Notes: generated from the sequence alone by a model not told the origin. 64,000 nt of DNA from an uncultured candidate division Zixibacteria bacterium (GCA_963702205.1 OY969724.1:1312001-1376000); one strand, 5' to 3'; shown: positions 31,951 through 42,550, counted from the stretch's first letter. Numbers and translations: made by a program.

Positions 31951-34095
31951 GTGGATGAAGAACGCGAGATAAAGATAGCTTTGGCCGGCAATCCCAACGC
32001 CGGCAAGACTTCGATATTCAATTGCCTGACCGGGGCGCACCAAAAGGTCGCCAATTTCCCCGGTGTCACCGTGGAAAAACGTATCGGCCACAAGCTTTAC
32101 AAAGGGCACAATATTACATTTGTCGACCTCCCCGGGACATACAGCCTGACCGCGTACAGCCTCGACGAAAAAGTCGCCCGTGATTTTATCATCGATGAAA
32201 AACCGGACCTCATAATCAACGTCATCGACAGTGGCAATCTCGAACGAAGTCTGTACCTGACAACTCAGTTAATAGAAATGGGTGTGAATCTCGTCATTGA
32301 CCTGAACATGTGGGACGAGGCAATGGAAAGCGGGATGGAGATAGATACCGATAAGTTATCTACCCTGCTGCGATCCCCGGTGGTCAAAACGGTAGCCAAC
32401 AGGCATCAGGGCATTGACAGTCTGCTCCAGAAGAGTTTTGATGTTTTTAAAAACAGTAATAGACCGGGCATGCCTCCGATTTCCTATGGTTCTCAGCTCG
32501 ACGATATCGTCACCGGGCTGGCCGATCATGTAAGAAAATGCCCGGGCTGCCGGGCGTGTCACAACGCGCGCTGGATGGCCATCAAGCTGCTCGAAGGCGA
32601 CGACGAAGTCACTGCCCGCTATCTGACCGGAAAAGAAGCCTATAAAATGCTTGCGGGACAGGTTAATGAGTCGGTCAAACATATAAAAAGTACGACCGAT
32701 CAGGACCCCGAGATAGTCATTACCGAAGGACGCTACGGCTACGTGGCGGGGATTATTCGCGAAGTCATGCGGCGTTCCGAAACCGACCGCATGAAAATTT
32801 CCAATCATGTCGATCAGCTCTTAACCCATAGGATATTGGGGTACCCCATATTTTTCCTTTTTATGTGGCTGATATTTCAGGCGACATTCCGTTTTGGCGA
32901 TTACCCGATGCGATGGATCAATGCCGGGGTGGAGGGATTGCAGGCCCTGATGGTTTACATATTGCCCCACGGTATCTTCGCGGATATGGTCGTCGACGGC
33001 ATGATCGGTGGCGTAGGTGCGGTCATTGTCTTTTTGCCCAATATCGTAATCCTGTTTTTGGGGATATCCCTTCTCGAAGATTCTGGATATATGTCGCGCG
33101 CGGCATTTTTGATGGACCGACCGATGCACTTTATGGGCCTTCACGGTAAATCTTTTATCCCCCTGCTGATGGGGTTCGGTTGCGCCGTCCCGGCTATCAT
33201 GTCCACCCGGACGCTGGAATCACAGCGCGACAGAATATTGACGACACTATTGACGCCGTTCATGTCGTGCAGCGCCCGTCTCCCGGTTTACATTCTTTTT
33301 GCGGGAGCATTTTTCGGGGTACATGCGGGCAATGTCATTTTCTCGATATATCTTCTGGGCATTGCCACTGCTATCGTTCTCGGAAAAATTTTCAAGAAGA
33401 CCATTTTAACCGGCGAAGATATTCCGTTCGTGATGGAACTGCCGCCGTACCGCTGGCCGACGGTACGTTCGGTATCCATACACATGTGGGAGCGTACCCG
33501 CATTTATCTCAAGAAAATGGGCGGCGTCATATTGATTGCATCGATCATACTTTGGGCGTTAGGCTATTTCCCGCATAAAAAAGACTTCAATATCGATTAC
33601 GGCGCCCGAATCGCACAGGCCGAACAGAGCAATCTTCCCGATAAAGACGAAACCATTGCATCGCTCAAAGCGCAACGGGCCTCGGAAATTCTGAGCTATT
33701 CCTATATCGGTCGACTGGGTGTTGCGATCAAGCCGCTGGTGGCGCCGATCGGGTTTAACTGGCAGATGGGCGTTTCGCTGATTACTGGATTTGTGGCCAA
33801 GGAAGTGGTTGTATCCTCGATGGGAGTTCTATACCAATTGGGCGATGACATCAATGAGAAATCCGGCAACCTGATCGCTGCCCTGCAGGACCCGGAAAAA
33901 GGTACCACGCCTCTGGTGGCTTATGCCTTCATGGTATTCGTGCTGCTGTATACGCCGTGCATCGTGAGCATCCTGGCGATGCGGCGGGAAATCGGCGGGA
34001 AATGGATGTGGTTTGCAATTATTTTCCAGCTTCTGCTGGCCTGGGCGGCGGCGTTCGTTATCTATCAGGGCGGTCTACTGCTCGGCCTTGGATAA
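31951..34095 (+). CDS. feoB: Ferrous iron transport protein B
   Basis: 714 aa; GNPNAGKT, NFPGVTVE, DLPGTYSL, GFGCAVP, MSCSARLP and LYTPC motifs. Confidence 0.96.
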   Translation: MDEEREIKIALAGNPNAGKTSIFNCLTGAHQKVANFPGVTVEKRIGHKLYKGHNITFVDLPGTYSLTAYSLDEKVARDFIIDEKPDLIINVIDSGNLERSLYLTTQLIEMGVNLVIDLNMWDEAMESGMEIDTDKLSTLLRSPVVKTVANRHQGIDSLLQKSFDVFKNSNRPGMPPISYGSQLDDIVTGLADHVRKCPGCRACHNARWMAIKLLEGDDEVTARYLTGKEAYKMLAGQVNESVKHIKSTTDQDPEIVITEGRYGYVAGIIREVMRRSETDRMKISNHVDQLLTHRILGYPIFFLFMWLIFQATFRFGDYPMRWINAGVEGLQALMVYILPHGIFADMVVDGMIGGVGAVIVFLPNIVILFLGISLLEDSGYMSRAAFLMDRPMHFMGLHGKSFIPLLMGFGCAVPAIMSTRTLESQRDRILTTLLTPFMSCSARLPVYILFAGAFFGVHAGNVIFSIYLLGIATAIVLGKIFKKTILTGEDIPFVMELPPYRWPTVRSVSIHMWERTRIYLKKMGGVILIASIILWALGYFPHKKDFNIDYGARIAQAEQSNLPDKDETIASLKAQRASEILSYSYIGRLGVAIKPLVAPIGFNWQMGVSLITGFVAKEVVVSSMGVLYQLGDDINEKSGNLIAALQDPEKGTTPLVAYAFMVFVLLYTPCIVSILAMRREIGGKWMWFAIIFQLLLAWAAAFVIYQGGLLLGLG

Positions 34096-34100
34096 TTTAT

Positions 34101-34484
34101 ATGAGTTCGGCCGGTTTATATTCTCTTGTACTCGGAGTTTTAATATCAGCGCACCGTCTCCCGGCGGTTTTTTCTCCGCGATTGTTCAGAAAATTATACA
34201 ACGGGTTTGCCGACAGATTATATTTGGTACAACTGACCGGATTATTGCTGTTTCTTTTTTCCGGCTGGGGGATTTATGCCAGTGTTATCGACTATGAAAA
34301 ACCGGGTTGGTTCATAATCGGGCTGTCGATTTTTATTCTGGTAAAAGCACTGGGCTATTTATTTCTGCCCCACCGTACGACTCAGGTCGATCGACGGGCC
34401 AACGACATGAGCGATAGAAGTCTATCAATTATCAGCCTGGCTATGGTTATAGCCGGGATTGGCATTGCCTGTTATTTTGTCTGA
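34101..34484 (+). CDS. Small membrane protein
   Basis: ATG 5 nt after the feoB stop; four hydrophobic segments. Confidence 0.6.
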   Translation: MSSAGLYSLVLGVLISAHRLPAVFSPRLFRKLYNGFADRLYLVQLTGLLLFLFSGWGIYASVIDYEKPGWFIIGLSIFILVKALGYLFLPHRTTQVDRRANDMSDRSLSIISLAMVIAGIGIACYFV

Positions 34485-34496
34485 ATTGAATCCGGA

Positions 34497-35762
34497 TCAG
34501 GTCTTGCGTTCTTTTTTCTTGGCGGCTGGGAAAAGAACGTTGTTTAGAATCAAACGATAACCCGGCGAATTCTTGTGCAGCGACAGATCCGTCGGCGGGT
34601 CACCGACCATGTGGCGATAATCTTCGGGGTCGTGCCCGGCCAGGTAGGTGAACGTACCGCGTCCATAGTTGCCGTGTATATATCTGACTTCATCGAATCC
34701 CTCGACTTCACCGAGGATAGTGACATATTTTTTTAACAGGGATTTCCGAAAAGCCGTCGTCTGCCCCATGAAACCTTTAACGCGCCCGACATGATCCTGA
34801 ACCAGCATCGTCGGCACCGGGTCGAGTTTCGCCGAAAACTCGAACAGGTAGAAATTATCCGACGCCGCGTCGGGGAAGCGGGCCAGACGGTCGGGATAGG
34901 TGTCGATGTCGCTGTGACGGTACATCGTGGGATCGAGCGATACCGAGAAATTTTCAAAGGCCAGGGTTTTGGAATAATCGAGCCGCTGCTCGGCATCGGG
35001 ATCGACCGGATCGCCGTCGAATTCGCTCGGACAAATATCGACCCCGTCGGCGGCCAGGGCAATATCCAGCGTTTCGCACGCCGAGCACATGGCGAAAATA
35101 AACCCTCCGCGCCGAACATAATTTTTAATAGCCTCCGCTACCGCCAGCTTCATTTCCGAGACTTTATGAAAACCGAGCCTTTTGGCCATCGCTTCATTCG
35201 TTTCCACCTCCTGCCGGTACCACAACTGATTGCGAAAAGATGCATAAAATTTGCCGTACTGCCCGGTAAAATCCTCGTGATGAAGATGCAGCCAGTCGTA
35301 ATTATCGAGCGCTCCGGCTAAAACGTCTTCGTCCCAGATTAGATCGTACTTGATATCGGCGTATGTCAGCGCCAGTGTGACGGCGTCGTCCCACGGCTCG
35401 ACATTTTTCGGAGAATAGACGGCTATGGCCGGGACCTTTTCGAGCTTGACCCGGTCCATGTTTTCGACGTCGATCGTGCGATAAATGTCAGCCACATCGG
35501 AAGACGTTTTGGTCTCGGTCGTCACGCCGCGTAGAAGACACAGGCTGTTAATCTCATCATCGGCATCCAAAAGAAACGAACCGCCGCGATAGTTGAGCAG
35601 CCATTCCACCGTCATGCCTTTTTCCAGCGCCTTGAACGCGATGCCATACGCTTTAAGATGATCGTTCTGGGTGTTGTCCATTGGAATGAACAGGGCCTGG
35701 GCCGCGACCGAGGTTGAAACCAGGGCGATCAGCAGGATGCAAAACGAGGTAATTTTTTTCAT
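34497..35762 (-). CDS. Conserved secreted hypothetical protein (I recall this family carrying an 'asparagine synthetase B' label; no such motifs seen)
   Basis: 421 aa; signal peptide; NDHLKAYG, WLLNYRGG, DWLHLHHEDFTGQ, FAMCSA and GHDPEDY motifs. Confidence 0.75.
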   Translation of the reverse strand: MKKITSFCILLIALVSTSVAAQALFIPMDNTQNDHLKAYGIAFKALEKGMTVEWLLNYRGGSFLLDADDEINSLCLLRGVTTETKTSSDVADIYRTIDVENMDRVKLEKVPAIAVYSPKNVEPWDDAVTLALTYADIKYDLIWDEDVLAGALDNYDWLHLHHEDFTGQYGKFYASFRNQLWYRQEVETNEAMAKRLGFHKVSEMKLAVAEAIKNYVRRGGFIFAMCSACETLDIALAADGVDICPSEFDGDPVDPDAEQRLDYSKTLAFENFSVSLDPTMYRHSDIDTYPDRLARFPDAASDNFYLFEFSAKLDPVPTMLVQDHVGRVKGFMGQTTAFRKSLLKKYVTILGEVEGFDEVRYIHGNYGRGTFTYLAGHDPEDYRHMVGDPPTDLSLHKNSPGYRLILNNVLFPAAKKKERKT

Positions 35763-35845
35763 ATACTATATATTTTCGGTCTGTCTATTATATTTTAAAC
35801 AGCCGAGAGCGCCCGCAGTTCGGAAACGAGCCCGATTTGCGGACT

Positions 35846-37204
35846 TTATTTCTCGGTCTTTTCGGCTTTTGCAAGCATTTTACGGCGATATTCCCGGTAT
35901 TTATTGAGATACTCGTCGATTTTGACTTCACGCCCGAACGATTTGGGCTGATAATACTGTGTCCCGGCCAAATCCTCCGGAAAATATTCCTGATCGGTTA
36001 AGGCATCGTCATAGTCGTGGGCGTACTTATAATCCTTGCCGTAGCCGAGACCCTTCATCAGCGACGTCGGCGCGTTTCGAATCCACAGCGGAACCGGCAG
36101 CGAACCTTTGTTTTCGGCGTCGGCCATAGCCTGCTGGAATGCCGTATACGCCGCATTCGATTTTGGGGCGCACGCCAGATAAATCACCGTTTGAGCCAGG
36201 GCCAGCTCGCCTTCGGGCGTCCCCAGAAAATGATAGGTATCGCGGGCGTTGAGGGCCACCGTCAGCGCAAATGGATCGGCCAGCCCGATGTCTTCAATCG
36301 CCATTCGAATAAGCCGACGAACCACATACAATCTGTCCTCGCCCGAGGTCAGCATGCGGGCCAGCCAGTACAACGAGGCATCAGGGTCGCCGCCCCGAAC
36401 CGATTTGTGCAGCGCCGAAATGAGGTTGTAATGTTCTTCGCCGGTTTTGTCGTATAAAAGCGTCGCCTTTTGATAAATCTCCTTAACCTGCGCCAGCGTG
36501 ATATGTCCGTCCTGACCGGCGTCATCGGCGGCGGCTTCGATAATATTCAACGCCCGGCGTCCATCGCCGTCGGCCGATGCGGCGATAAAATCCAGCGCGT
36601 CATCTTCAATAGACAAATTCATTTTACCCAGGCCGCGTTCGGGGTCGGTTTGGGCCCGACGGATTATTTCTTTTAAGTCGTCCTCGGAGATTCGCTCCAG
36701 CACGAATACTTTGACGCGCGACAAAAGCGCCGAAATAACCTCGAATGACGGGTTTTCGGTTGTCGCACCGATTAGTACAATGTCGCCGCGTTCGACGTAT
36801 GGCAGAAAGGCGTCCTGTTGGGCTTTATTGAAACGGTGAATTTCGTCGATGAACACGTACGTTTTGCGACCGGTGAGCTTTTTATAATTACCGGCTTTGG
36901 ATATAACCTCTTTGACCTGTTTGATGCCCGAGGTTACCGCCGAAAACGGGACGAATTCACCGCTCGTGCTGTGAGCGATAATTTCGGCCAGAGTTGTCTT
37001 ACCGGAACCGGGAGGACCCCAGAATATGACCGACGTGACTCGGTCCTCCACGATAGCCCGCCGAAACGGGGTACCTTCGCCGACCAGCTTGGCCTGCCCG
37101 ACAAAGTCATCGAAAGATTGCGGGCGCATCCGATCGGCCAGAGGGATAGTCCGGCTCAAATCATCGTTGTCGCCTGACCTGTTTTCTTTTTCGAAAAGCT
37201 CCAT
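35846..37204 (-). CDS. rarA: Replication-associated recombination protein A (AAA+ ATPase, MgsA)
   Basis: PLADRMRP, GPPGSGKTT, DEIHRFNKAQQD, GATTENP, ISALHKS and YKYAHD motifs. Confidence 0.95.
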   Translation of the reverse strand: MELFEKENRSGDNDDLSRTIPLADRMRPQSFDDFVGQAKLVGEGTPFRRAIVEDRVTSVIFWGPPGSGKTTLAEIIAHSTSGEFVPFSAVTSGIKQVKEVISKAGNYKKLTGRKTYVFIDEIHRFNKAQQDAFLPYVERGDIVLIGATTENPSFEVISALLSRVKVFVLERISEDDLKEIIRRAQTDPERGLGKMNLSIEDDALDFIAASADGDGRRALNIIEAAADDAGQDGHITLAQVKEIYQKATLLYDKTGEEHYNLISALHKSVRGGDPDASLYWLARMLTSGEDRLYVVRRLIRMAIEDIGLADPFALTVALNARDTYHFLGTPEGELALAQTVIYLACAPKSNAAYTAFQQAMADAENKGSLPVPLWIRNAPTSLMKGLGYGKDYKYAHDYDDALTDQEYFPEDLAGTQYYQPKSFGREVKIDEYLNKYREYRRKMLAKAEKTEK

Positions 37205-37282
37205 ATACCGTGCCTGTTTAAAATCAACGAAACAATATAATCAATTTTGAGACGAATTCGCTCACTTTTGGGACCAGGCCAT

Positions 37283-37309
37283 AAAAAAGCCCCGCAATTG
37301 CGGGGCTTT
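37283..37309 (-). terminator. Rho-independent terminator of the TSP3 gene
   Basis: GCCCCGC-AATT-GCGGGGC hairpin; the A6 run on the plus strand gives a U tail on the minus strand. Confidence 0.8.
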
Positions 37310-37327
37310 GGTTTGGAGCCATTAATT

Positions 37328-38491
37328 TTATTTCTTATTACCGCCGCAATAAAGATCGGGGCCGTCGCGGTAGACTTTTTCGATCAATGCCAGAATGTCA
37401 ATAAGATTGACCTCTCCGTCACCGGTAAGATCACCGCAGGTGAAATTCAAATCGCAATAGTCTCCGATACCATCCCCATCGGAGTCGGCCTGGTCGGGAT
37501 TGTGTATCGTCGGACAGTTGTCTTCGTTGGCGCAATATCCGTCGCCGTCGGCATCGTTGAGGGAGTCGAGCGGACAGGCATCACAGACGTCGCCGATACC
37601 GTCATGATCGGTGTCCATTTGATCGGGATTATAAATGCCGGGACAATTATCGTCCGCACAGGCGTTACCCAAACCGGGATCGCCATAACCGTCGCCGTCG
37701 CTGTCAAAACAATCGTCGCAGACGTCACCGATACCGTCATTATCGTCGTCCGTCTGATCGGCGTTGGCAATATCCGGGCAGTTGTCACAGACGTCACCTA
37801 TGCCGTCGTTGTCGACGTCTTCCTGACCCGGATTGTATATGGTCGGACAGTTGTCCGGCGGGCAGGAAAATCCCGGTGCATCGGCGTAACCATCACCGTC
37901 GGCATCGGGACAGGAATAGACGACATCCCAGCAATAGGGTCCATTAAACGGAACGACTTGATAATTATCCATAAAAACCCAATCGTACATATCATTGGAA
38001 TGAGCAATAGAATCAATGCAAATCGTGCCTTCCTGCTCCAATGTCAGGGCGACTCTTATATAACGGTGTTCCCCATTGCCGGCTGGCACCCCGCCATTCG
38101 GCGGCAAACCCAACCCGGCATATGAAAATGTATCCGGTAAAGATCCATCCCAACTGAATGTGTTGAATACTGAAATAAGGTTAAAAAACGTCCCTGTCCC
38201 CGGTGCAAATCCATTCTCCAGAAGAAAAGACTGGTCGTCGCCATATCCGCCGACATTTCGGTGGACAACGTTGGTTATGCTTCCGTCGGGACTGTAAATG
38301 GCGAACGGAGTGACCACTGAAGTCCATCTGGTGTCCCCGTTATCCATATAGATGTCGATATACACGTCACCCATCGGCAGGACGCCGGGCGAAACCTCGA
38401 CCGAGCCCTCGGCACGGACGTATTGGGCGTATGACGGCGCCGCGCACAAAAGCACCATCAACAGGGCCAAAAAAGTATAGCGGTATTTCAC
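37328..38491 (-). CDS. Secreted protein with thrombospondin type 3 (Ca-binding) repeats and a C-terminal dockerin-like motif
   Basis: 387 aa; signal peptide; repeated DNCP..N..Q.D.D.DGIGD.C; tail CGDLTGDGEVNLIDILALIEKVY. Confidence 0.85.
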   Translation of the reverse strand: MKYRYTFLALLMVLLCAAPSYAQYVRAEGSVEVSPGVLPMGDVYIDIYMDNGDTRWTSVVTPFAIYSPDGSITNVVHRNVGGYGDDQSFLLENGFAPGTGTFFNLISVFNTFSWDGSLPDTFSYAGLGLPPNGGVPAGNGEHRYIRVALTLEQEGTICIDSIAHSNDMYDWVFMDNYQVVPFNGPYCWDVVYSCPDADGDGYADAPGFSCPPDNCPTIYNPGQEDVDNDGIGDVCDNCPDIANADQTDDDNDGIGDVCDDCFDSDGDGYGDPGLGNACADDNCPGIYNPDQMDTDHDGIGDVCDACPLDSLNDADGDGYCANEDNCPTIHNPDQADSDGDGIGDYCDLNFTCGDLTGDGEVNLIDILALIEKVYRDGPDLYCGGNKK

Positions 38492-38890
38492 AAAGCCTCC
38501 CTTTCGGGCATGACAACGCCCGAAGAATATTTAGATTTTAGTATTTTTTAAACCAAGCGGACATTATTTACCCGGCACGACCGAATAAGAAAAGACACAA
38601 TCAAAGAACGGCAGAGATGGCTTGTCGTGCTCTGTTTAAAGTGATAAGCTTACATATAAAATACCGATAATAGGCAAAATCGTCAAGTTTAAAAATCGGG
38701 GACATTCTTTTATACGGTTGTGTGGTATTAAGATAGCCTGATCGCAAAAGAGCTTTAAGTCGGCTTTGTGGTCAATTAATGCTGATATGCCGACTATCGC
38801 CTCATTGGGAATATTTCCTTTGGAGAAAGCCCCAGTTTTGCCTATATATTCAGAATTTGAAGAGATTAATCGTTTTTGAAGGAGAATATC

Positions 38891-39388
38891 ATGCACGAGA
38901 AAAGCCGTGAACTGCTGAACAAGGCCGTCGCCGACGAACTGGCCGCAGTCCACCAGTATATGTATTTTCATTTTCACTGCGACGATCAGGCCTATGACCT
39001 TCTGGCCGACCTGTTTCGCAAAACCGCTATCGAAGAGATGATGCATATCGAACGACTGGCCGAACGCATTTTGTTTATCGGCGGTGACGTCGAGATGGTC
39101 GCGTCCAAAGAGGTCGACAAGATCCACGATGTCAAGGCGATGCTCGAGATGGGCAGGCAGATGGAAGAGAGCTCGGTGAAGATGTACAACGACTACGCCA
39201 ACTTGTGCTCCGCCAACGCCGACAGCGCTTCTAAGAAGCTGTTCGAGGACCTCGTGATGGATGAAGAGCGTCATTACGATCAGTACGACAACGAAATCGA
39301 CGCCATGGCCAAATTCGGTGATAATTATCTGGCCCTGCAGTCGATCGAACGGAGCAAAAGCCGCTCCGCCGGCCAACCCCCGGCATAA
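38891..39388 (+). CDS. bfr: Bacterioferritin
   Basis: ATG 38891 behind AGGAG; ELAAVHQY, IEEMMHIE (heme Met, ExxH) and DEERH ferroxidase motifs. Confidence 0.9.
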   Translation: MHEKSRELLNKAVADELAAVHQYMYFHFHCDDQAYDLLADLFRKTAIEEMMHIERLAERILFIGGDVEMVASKEVDKIHDVKAMLEMGRQMEESSVKMYNDYANLCSANADSASKKLFEDLVMDEERHYDQYDNEIDAMAKFGDNYLALQSIERSKSRSAGQPPA

Positions 39389-39417
39389 CGATTGATTAAG
39401 CATAGTTGATCATGATT

Positions 39418-40118
39418 GTGCGCGGCACTTGTCCACAAGTGCCCGAGCGATGCATAAACACTTTACCCGACAGGTTTACATTTCGTGGGCGGCAGATGTC
39501 CACATCTTCCCCGGGTGTCGCGTTTAAAGATTTACCCGACTGGTACAAAAGCCCGCCGGGTTTTTTATTACCTGCCGGCCTATGTTAGATGATCCGCCAA
39601 TTCTTTTTGTAGGTCAGGAGCCGTGCGCTCCTGACATATTTCCTGCGGCGTCAGGAACCCCTTCCTGACGCTTTCCTTGACCCGTGGGCGGCAAACGCCT
39701 CGCCTGCCCTGAACTTAGAAGGGTCTGCCGCCTGGTTTATTTGTACCTATCACTTTGAAGAACCCACCACTAATCCTTCATAGGATTCAGGACCTTCGGG
39801 TGGTGGGGCACCCAATCATGAGTCATCATTATTCGCAAGTTTTTTAATGTCATACCCGCGAAGGCGGGTATCCAGGAGCTCAAATTCCCTACCAACCCAA
39901 CGCCAAATCCGATAGTCCTCCATATATAGAGGCTATGAATATATGCAAAATCAAAAACGGGGAAGAGCGCAAAAACGAATTTCAAATTCGAACCCAATTG
40001 GCTGTAAATGCTAACATCGCTTTATATTATGAAAGATTGTGGACTGTATATGTGCGTGAATCTTTGTAGGTCATGCCGACTTGCCGAAGGTCCTGAACGA
40101 AGTGAAGGGCGGCATGAC
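39418..40118. repeat. Large cluster of mixed REP-like palindromes between convergent bfr and hemW
   Basis: GTGC-type 39418-39448; GTGG-type near 39485 and at 39684-39732; empty GTAG 39609-39635; GCGG-type 39645-39671; insert-carrying hairpins 39763-39811 and 40066-40118; GTCATACCCGCGAAGGCGGGTATCCAG at 39849-39875. Confidence 0.85.
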
Positions 40119-40143
40119 AATATTCCTGTATGATATTTATTGC

Positions 40144-41280
40144 CTACACCAACCGCCGGATAATCTCATCCGCGAGCGGCAGGCCGGTGTCGGTGAGGGC
40201 GACCGCATCGTCGCGGCGGTCGATATAGCCGTGGATGGTGAGCATATCGAAAGCGCGCGCATTGACCGCCTGCTCTATATCAATATCGAATCTTCGCCGG
40301 AACGTCGCACGCATTATCCCGCGTGAGGTTCGCAACCCGAGCATGATCGCTTCGTGAATCTGATCCTCGCGGCTGCGACTATCAGAAACAATCGGCCGTA
40401 CGCCGTTATTTATTTGCTTTATGTACTCATCGAGATTGGCGACATTGGCGAAGCGCCTGTTGTCGATAAAGCTGTGCGCCGACGGGCCCAGTCCCAGATA
40501 ATCGGCGCCGTCCCAGTAGTGCATATTATGACGGCACTCGTACCCCGGCTTGGCGAACGAGGAAACTTCATAGCGCATATAGCCGTGGCGTTTCAATTCT
40601 TCGTTGATACCGCGATACATGGCGGCACATAAATCCGAATCTGGGAGCTTTATCCGACCCTGTTCGACCATCGACGCCAGCGGCGTGCCTTTTTCGATAG
40701 TCAGCTGATAGTACGAAATATGCGGCGGAGCGAGGTCGATTACCTGCGTAAGGTCATCGCCCAGTCGCGCCGACGTCTGCCTCGGCAGACCGAAAATCAT
40801 ATCGGCCCCGAAGTTGTCGAATCCGAGCGCCCGCAGTAAGTACACCGCTTTGTAGGAATCATCGACATTATGCCGGCGTCTCAGTACCGCCAACTGATCG
40901 GTAATAAAACTCTGAAAACCAAGAACCGGCCGGGTCACTCCGAGATCTTTAAGGCGGCTCAGGATGTTTTCATCAATCGATTCCGGGTTGATCTCCAGCG
41001 TGAACTCGATACCGGCCTGGATATCGAAATGCCGTCGACAGCGGTCCATAAAACTTTCAAGATGGTCGGGGTTCATCAGCGATGGAGTCCCGCCGCCGAT
41101 ATAAATCGTCTCGACTTTTCTGTGTGAGTCATCGAGATCGCGCACGGCAAGGTCGAGCTCTCTACCAAGAGTATCAAAATAGGATTGCTGAAACGCCGGC
41201 GAAAACCTGACTTTATAAAAGTCGCAGTAGCTGCAGATGTTGGTGCAAAAAGGGAAGTGGATATAAAGTGAAACGCTCAT
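40144..41280 (-). CDS. hemW: Radical SAM heme chaperone (HemN-like)
   Basis: 378 aa; LYIHFPFCTNICSYCDF, GGGTPS, YEVSSF and HNMHYW motifs. Confidence 0.88.
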   Translation of the reverse strand: MSVSLYIHFPFCTNICSYCDFYKVRFSPAFQQSYFDTLGRELDLAVRDLDDSHRKVETIYIGGGTPSLMNPDHLESFMDRCRRHFDIQAGIEFTLEINPESIDENILSRLKDLGVTRPVLGFQSFITDQLAVLRRRHNVDDSYKAVYLLRALGFDNFGADMIFGLPRQTSARLGDDLTQVIDLAPPHISYYQLTIEKGTPLASMVEQGRIKLPDSDLCAAMYRGINEELKRHGYMRYEVSSFAKPGYECRHNMHYWDGADYLGLGPSAHSFIDNRRFANVANLDEYIKQINNGVRPIVSDSRSREDQIHEAIMLGLRTSRGIMRATFRRRFDIDIEQAVNARAFDMLTIHGYIDRRDDAVALTDTGLPLADEIIRRLV

Positions 41281-41283
41281 ATT

Positions 41284-42015
41284 TTAGAGCGCGGTGAACA
41301 GGCGGTCCCATCTTGTTTTCGACGGGAAATTGGTCAGGAAATAAAAGCCCATCTGGAACACCGAATGAATGTACGGGAAGCTCCATTTGGGGGAGGAACC
41401 GTCGGGTTCCCACGACCAGTACACAAACAGCGCCTTACCCCGGATGTTATTTTCGGGGACAAAACCCCAGTCACGACTGTCCTGGCTGTAATCGCGGTTG
41501 TCGCCGAGGACGAAATATTGATTGGGCGGCACTTCGATCGGCCCGAAATTATCGCGCATCGAAAGCTGGGCGGGCATAATCTTGGGGTCATAATTGACCG
41601 CGTTGGGGACTATCTCGGCGAGCATGTTATCAATATAAATAACTTTATCGATAATTTCAACCATTTGTCCCGGACCGGCGATAACGCGCTTGATGTACTC
41701 TTTCTTGGGGTCGAGCGGATAGTCGAAAACTATTATATCGCCATTGGCGGGGGTGCCGAATTTGTAGGCCAGCTTGTTGACGAAAATATAATCGCCCTCG
41801 TACAGCGACTGTTCCATCGACGAGGAATCAACGCGGTACGCCGAGACGACCAGTAACCGCAGGATTATGGCTGCCGTCAGAGATATGAGAACTACCTCAA
41901 CATATTCCCGCCAGAGAGGCTTTTGCTTTTTAACTTTAGCCTTCCTGCGGACCGGTCGGTTGGAGCTTTTGGTGTCGGTCTGACCAAGTTGCTCCAGCAA
42001 AAAATCTCTATCCAT
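41284..42015 (-). CDS. lepB: Signal peptidase I
   Basis: TM anchor, SSSM (catalytic Ser), YIKRV (Lys) and GDNRDYSQDSR motifs. Confidence 0.93.
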   Translation of the reverse strand: MDRDFLLEQLGQTDTKSSNRPVRRKAKVKKQKPLWREYVEVVLISLTAAIILRLLVVSAYRVDSSSMEQSLYEGDYIFVNKLAYKFGTPANGDIIVFDYPLDPKKEYIKRVIAGPGQMVEIIDKVIYIDNMLAEIVPNAVNYDPKIMPAQLSMRDNFGPIEVPPNQYFVLGDNRDYSQDSRDWGFVPENNIRGKALFVYWSWEPDGSSPKWSFPYIHSVFQMGFYFLTNFPSKTRWDRLFTAL

Positions 42016-42165
42016 ATGCTCAAAATATCGGATGAATCAGCTTATTCCTTTAATGAGTGTAATTTACGGCAAAGAAATAAATTAAGGCAATGGTTTTGAG
42101 TTGTCTTGAAAGCCGAATTGATATATGATTAGACAGCGTTGGAAAACCTGTACAAAGGAAGAACT

Positions 42166-42549
42166 ATGAAGGAATTAATTAATACCGATAAGGCTCCGGC
42201 CGCGGTCGGGCCGTATTCTCAAGCGATCAAAGTGGACGCCGGCAAGATGATTTTCTGCTCGGGGCAAATCCCGCTCGACCCGATTTCGGGCAAGATTATG
42301 GGCGCGTCGGCCGGGGAACAGGCCGAACAGGTGCTTAAAAATCTCAGCGCTGTTTTGCATGCCGCCGGTGCCGAACTCAAGAACGTCGTCAAAGCCAATA
42401 TCTATCTGACGAGTATGGCCGACTTCCAGGCGGTCAACGACGTTTACGCGCGCTATTTTACGCTGGACCTCCCGGCCCGGGCGTGTGTCGAGGTGGCACG
42501 GCTGCCGAAAGACGTCAAGGTTGAGATTGAAGCGATTGCCGTAATCTGA
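42166..42549 (+). CDS. ridA: RidA/YjgF family enamine deaminase
   Basis: ATG 42166; APAAVGPYSQA, SGQIP, PARACVEV and VEIEAIA motifs. Confidence 0.9.
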   Translation: MKELINTDKAPAAVGPYSQAIKVDAGKMIFCSGQIPLDPISGKIMGASAGEQAEQVLKNLSAVLHAAGAELKNVVKANIYLTSMADFQAVNDVYARYFTLDLPARACVEVARLPKDVKVEIEAIAVI

Positions 42550-42550
42550 C

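Noticed and set aside
37247..38125. 292-aa plus-strand Val/Ile-rich ORF
   Set aside because: Antisense shadow of the Asp-rich TSP3 repeat gene
39770..40326. Small ORFs 39770-39997, 40081-40326 and 14378-14698 sharing the peptide PKVLN
   Set aside because: The shared peptide is just translation of the micro-insert DNA repeat
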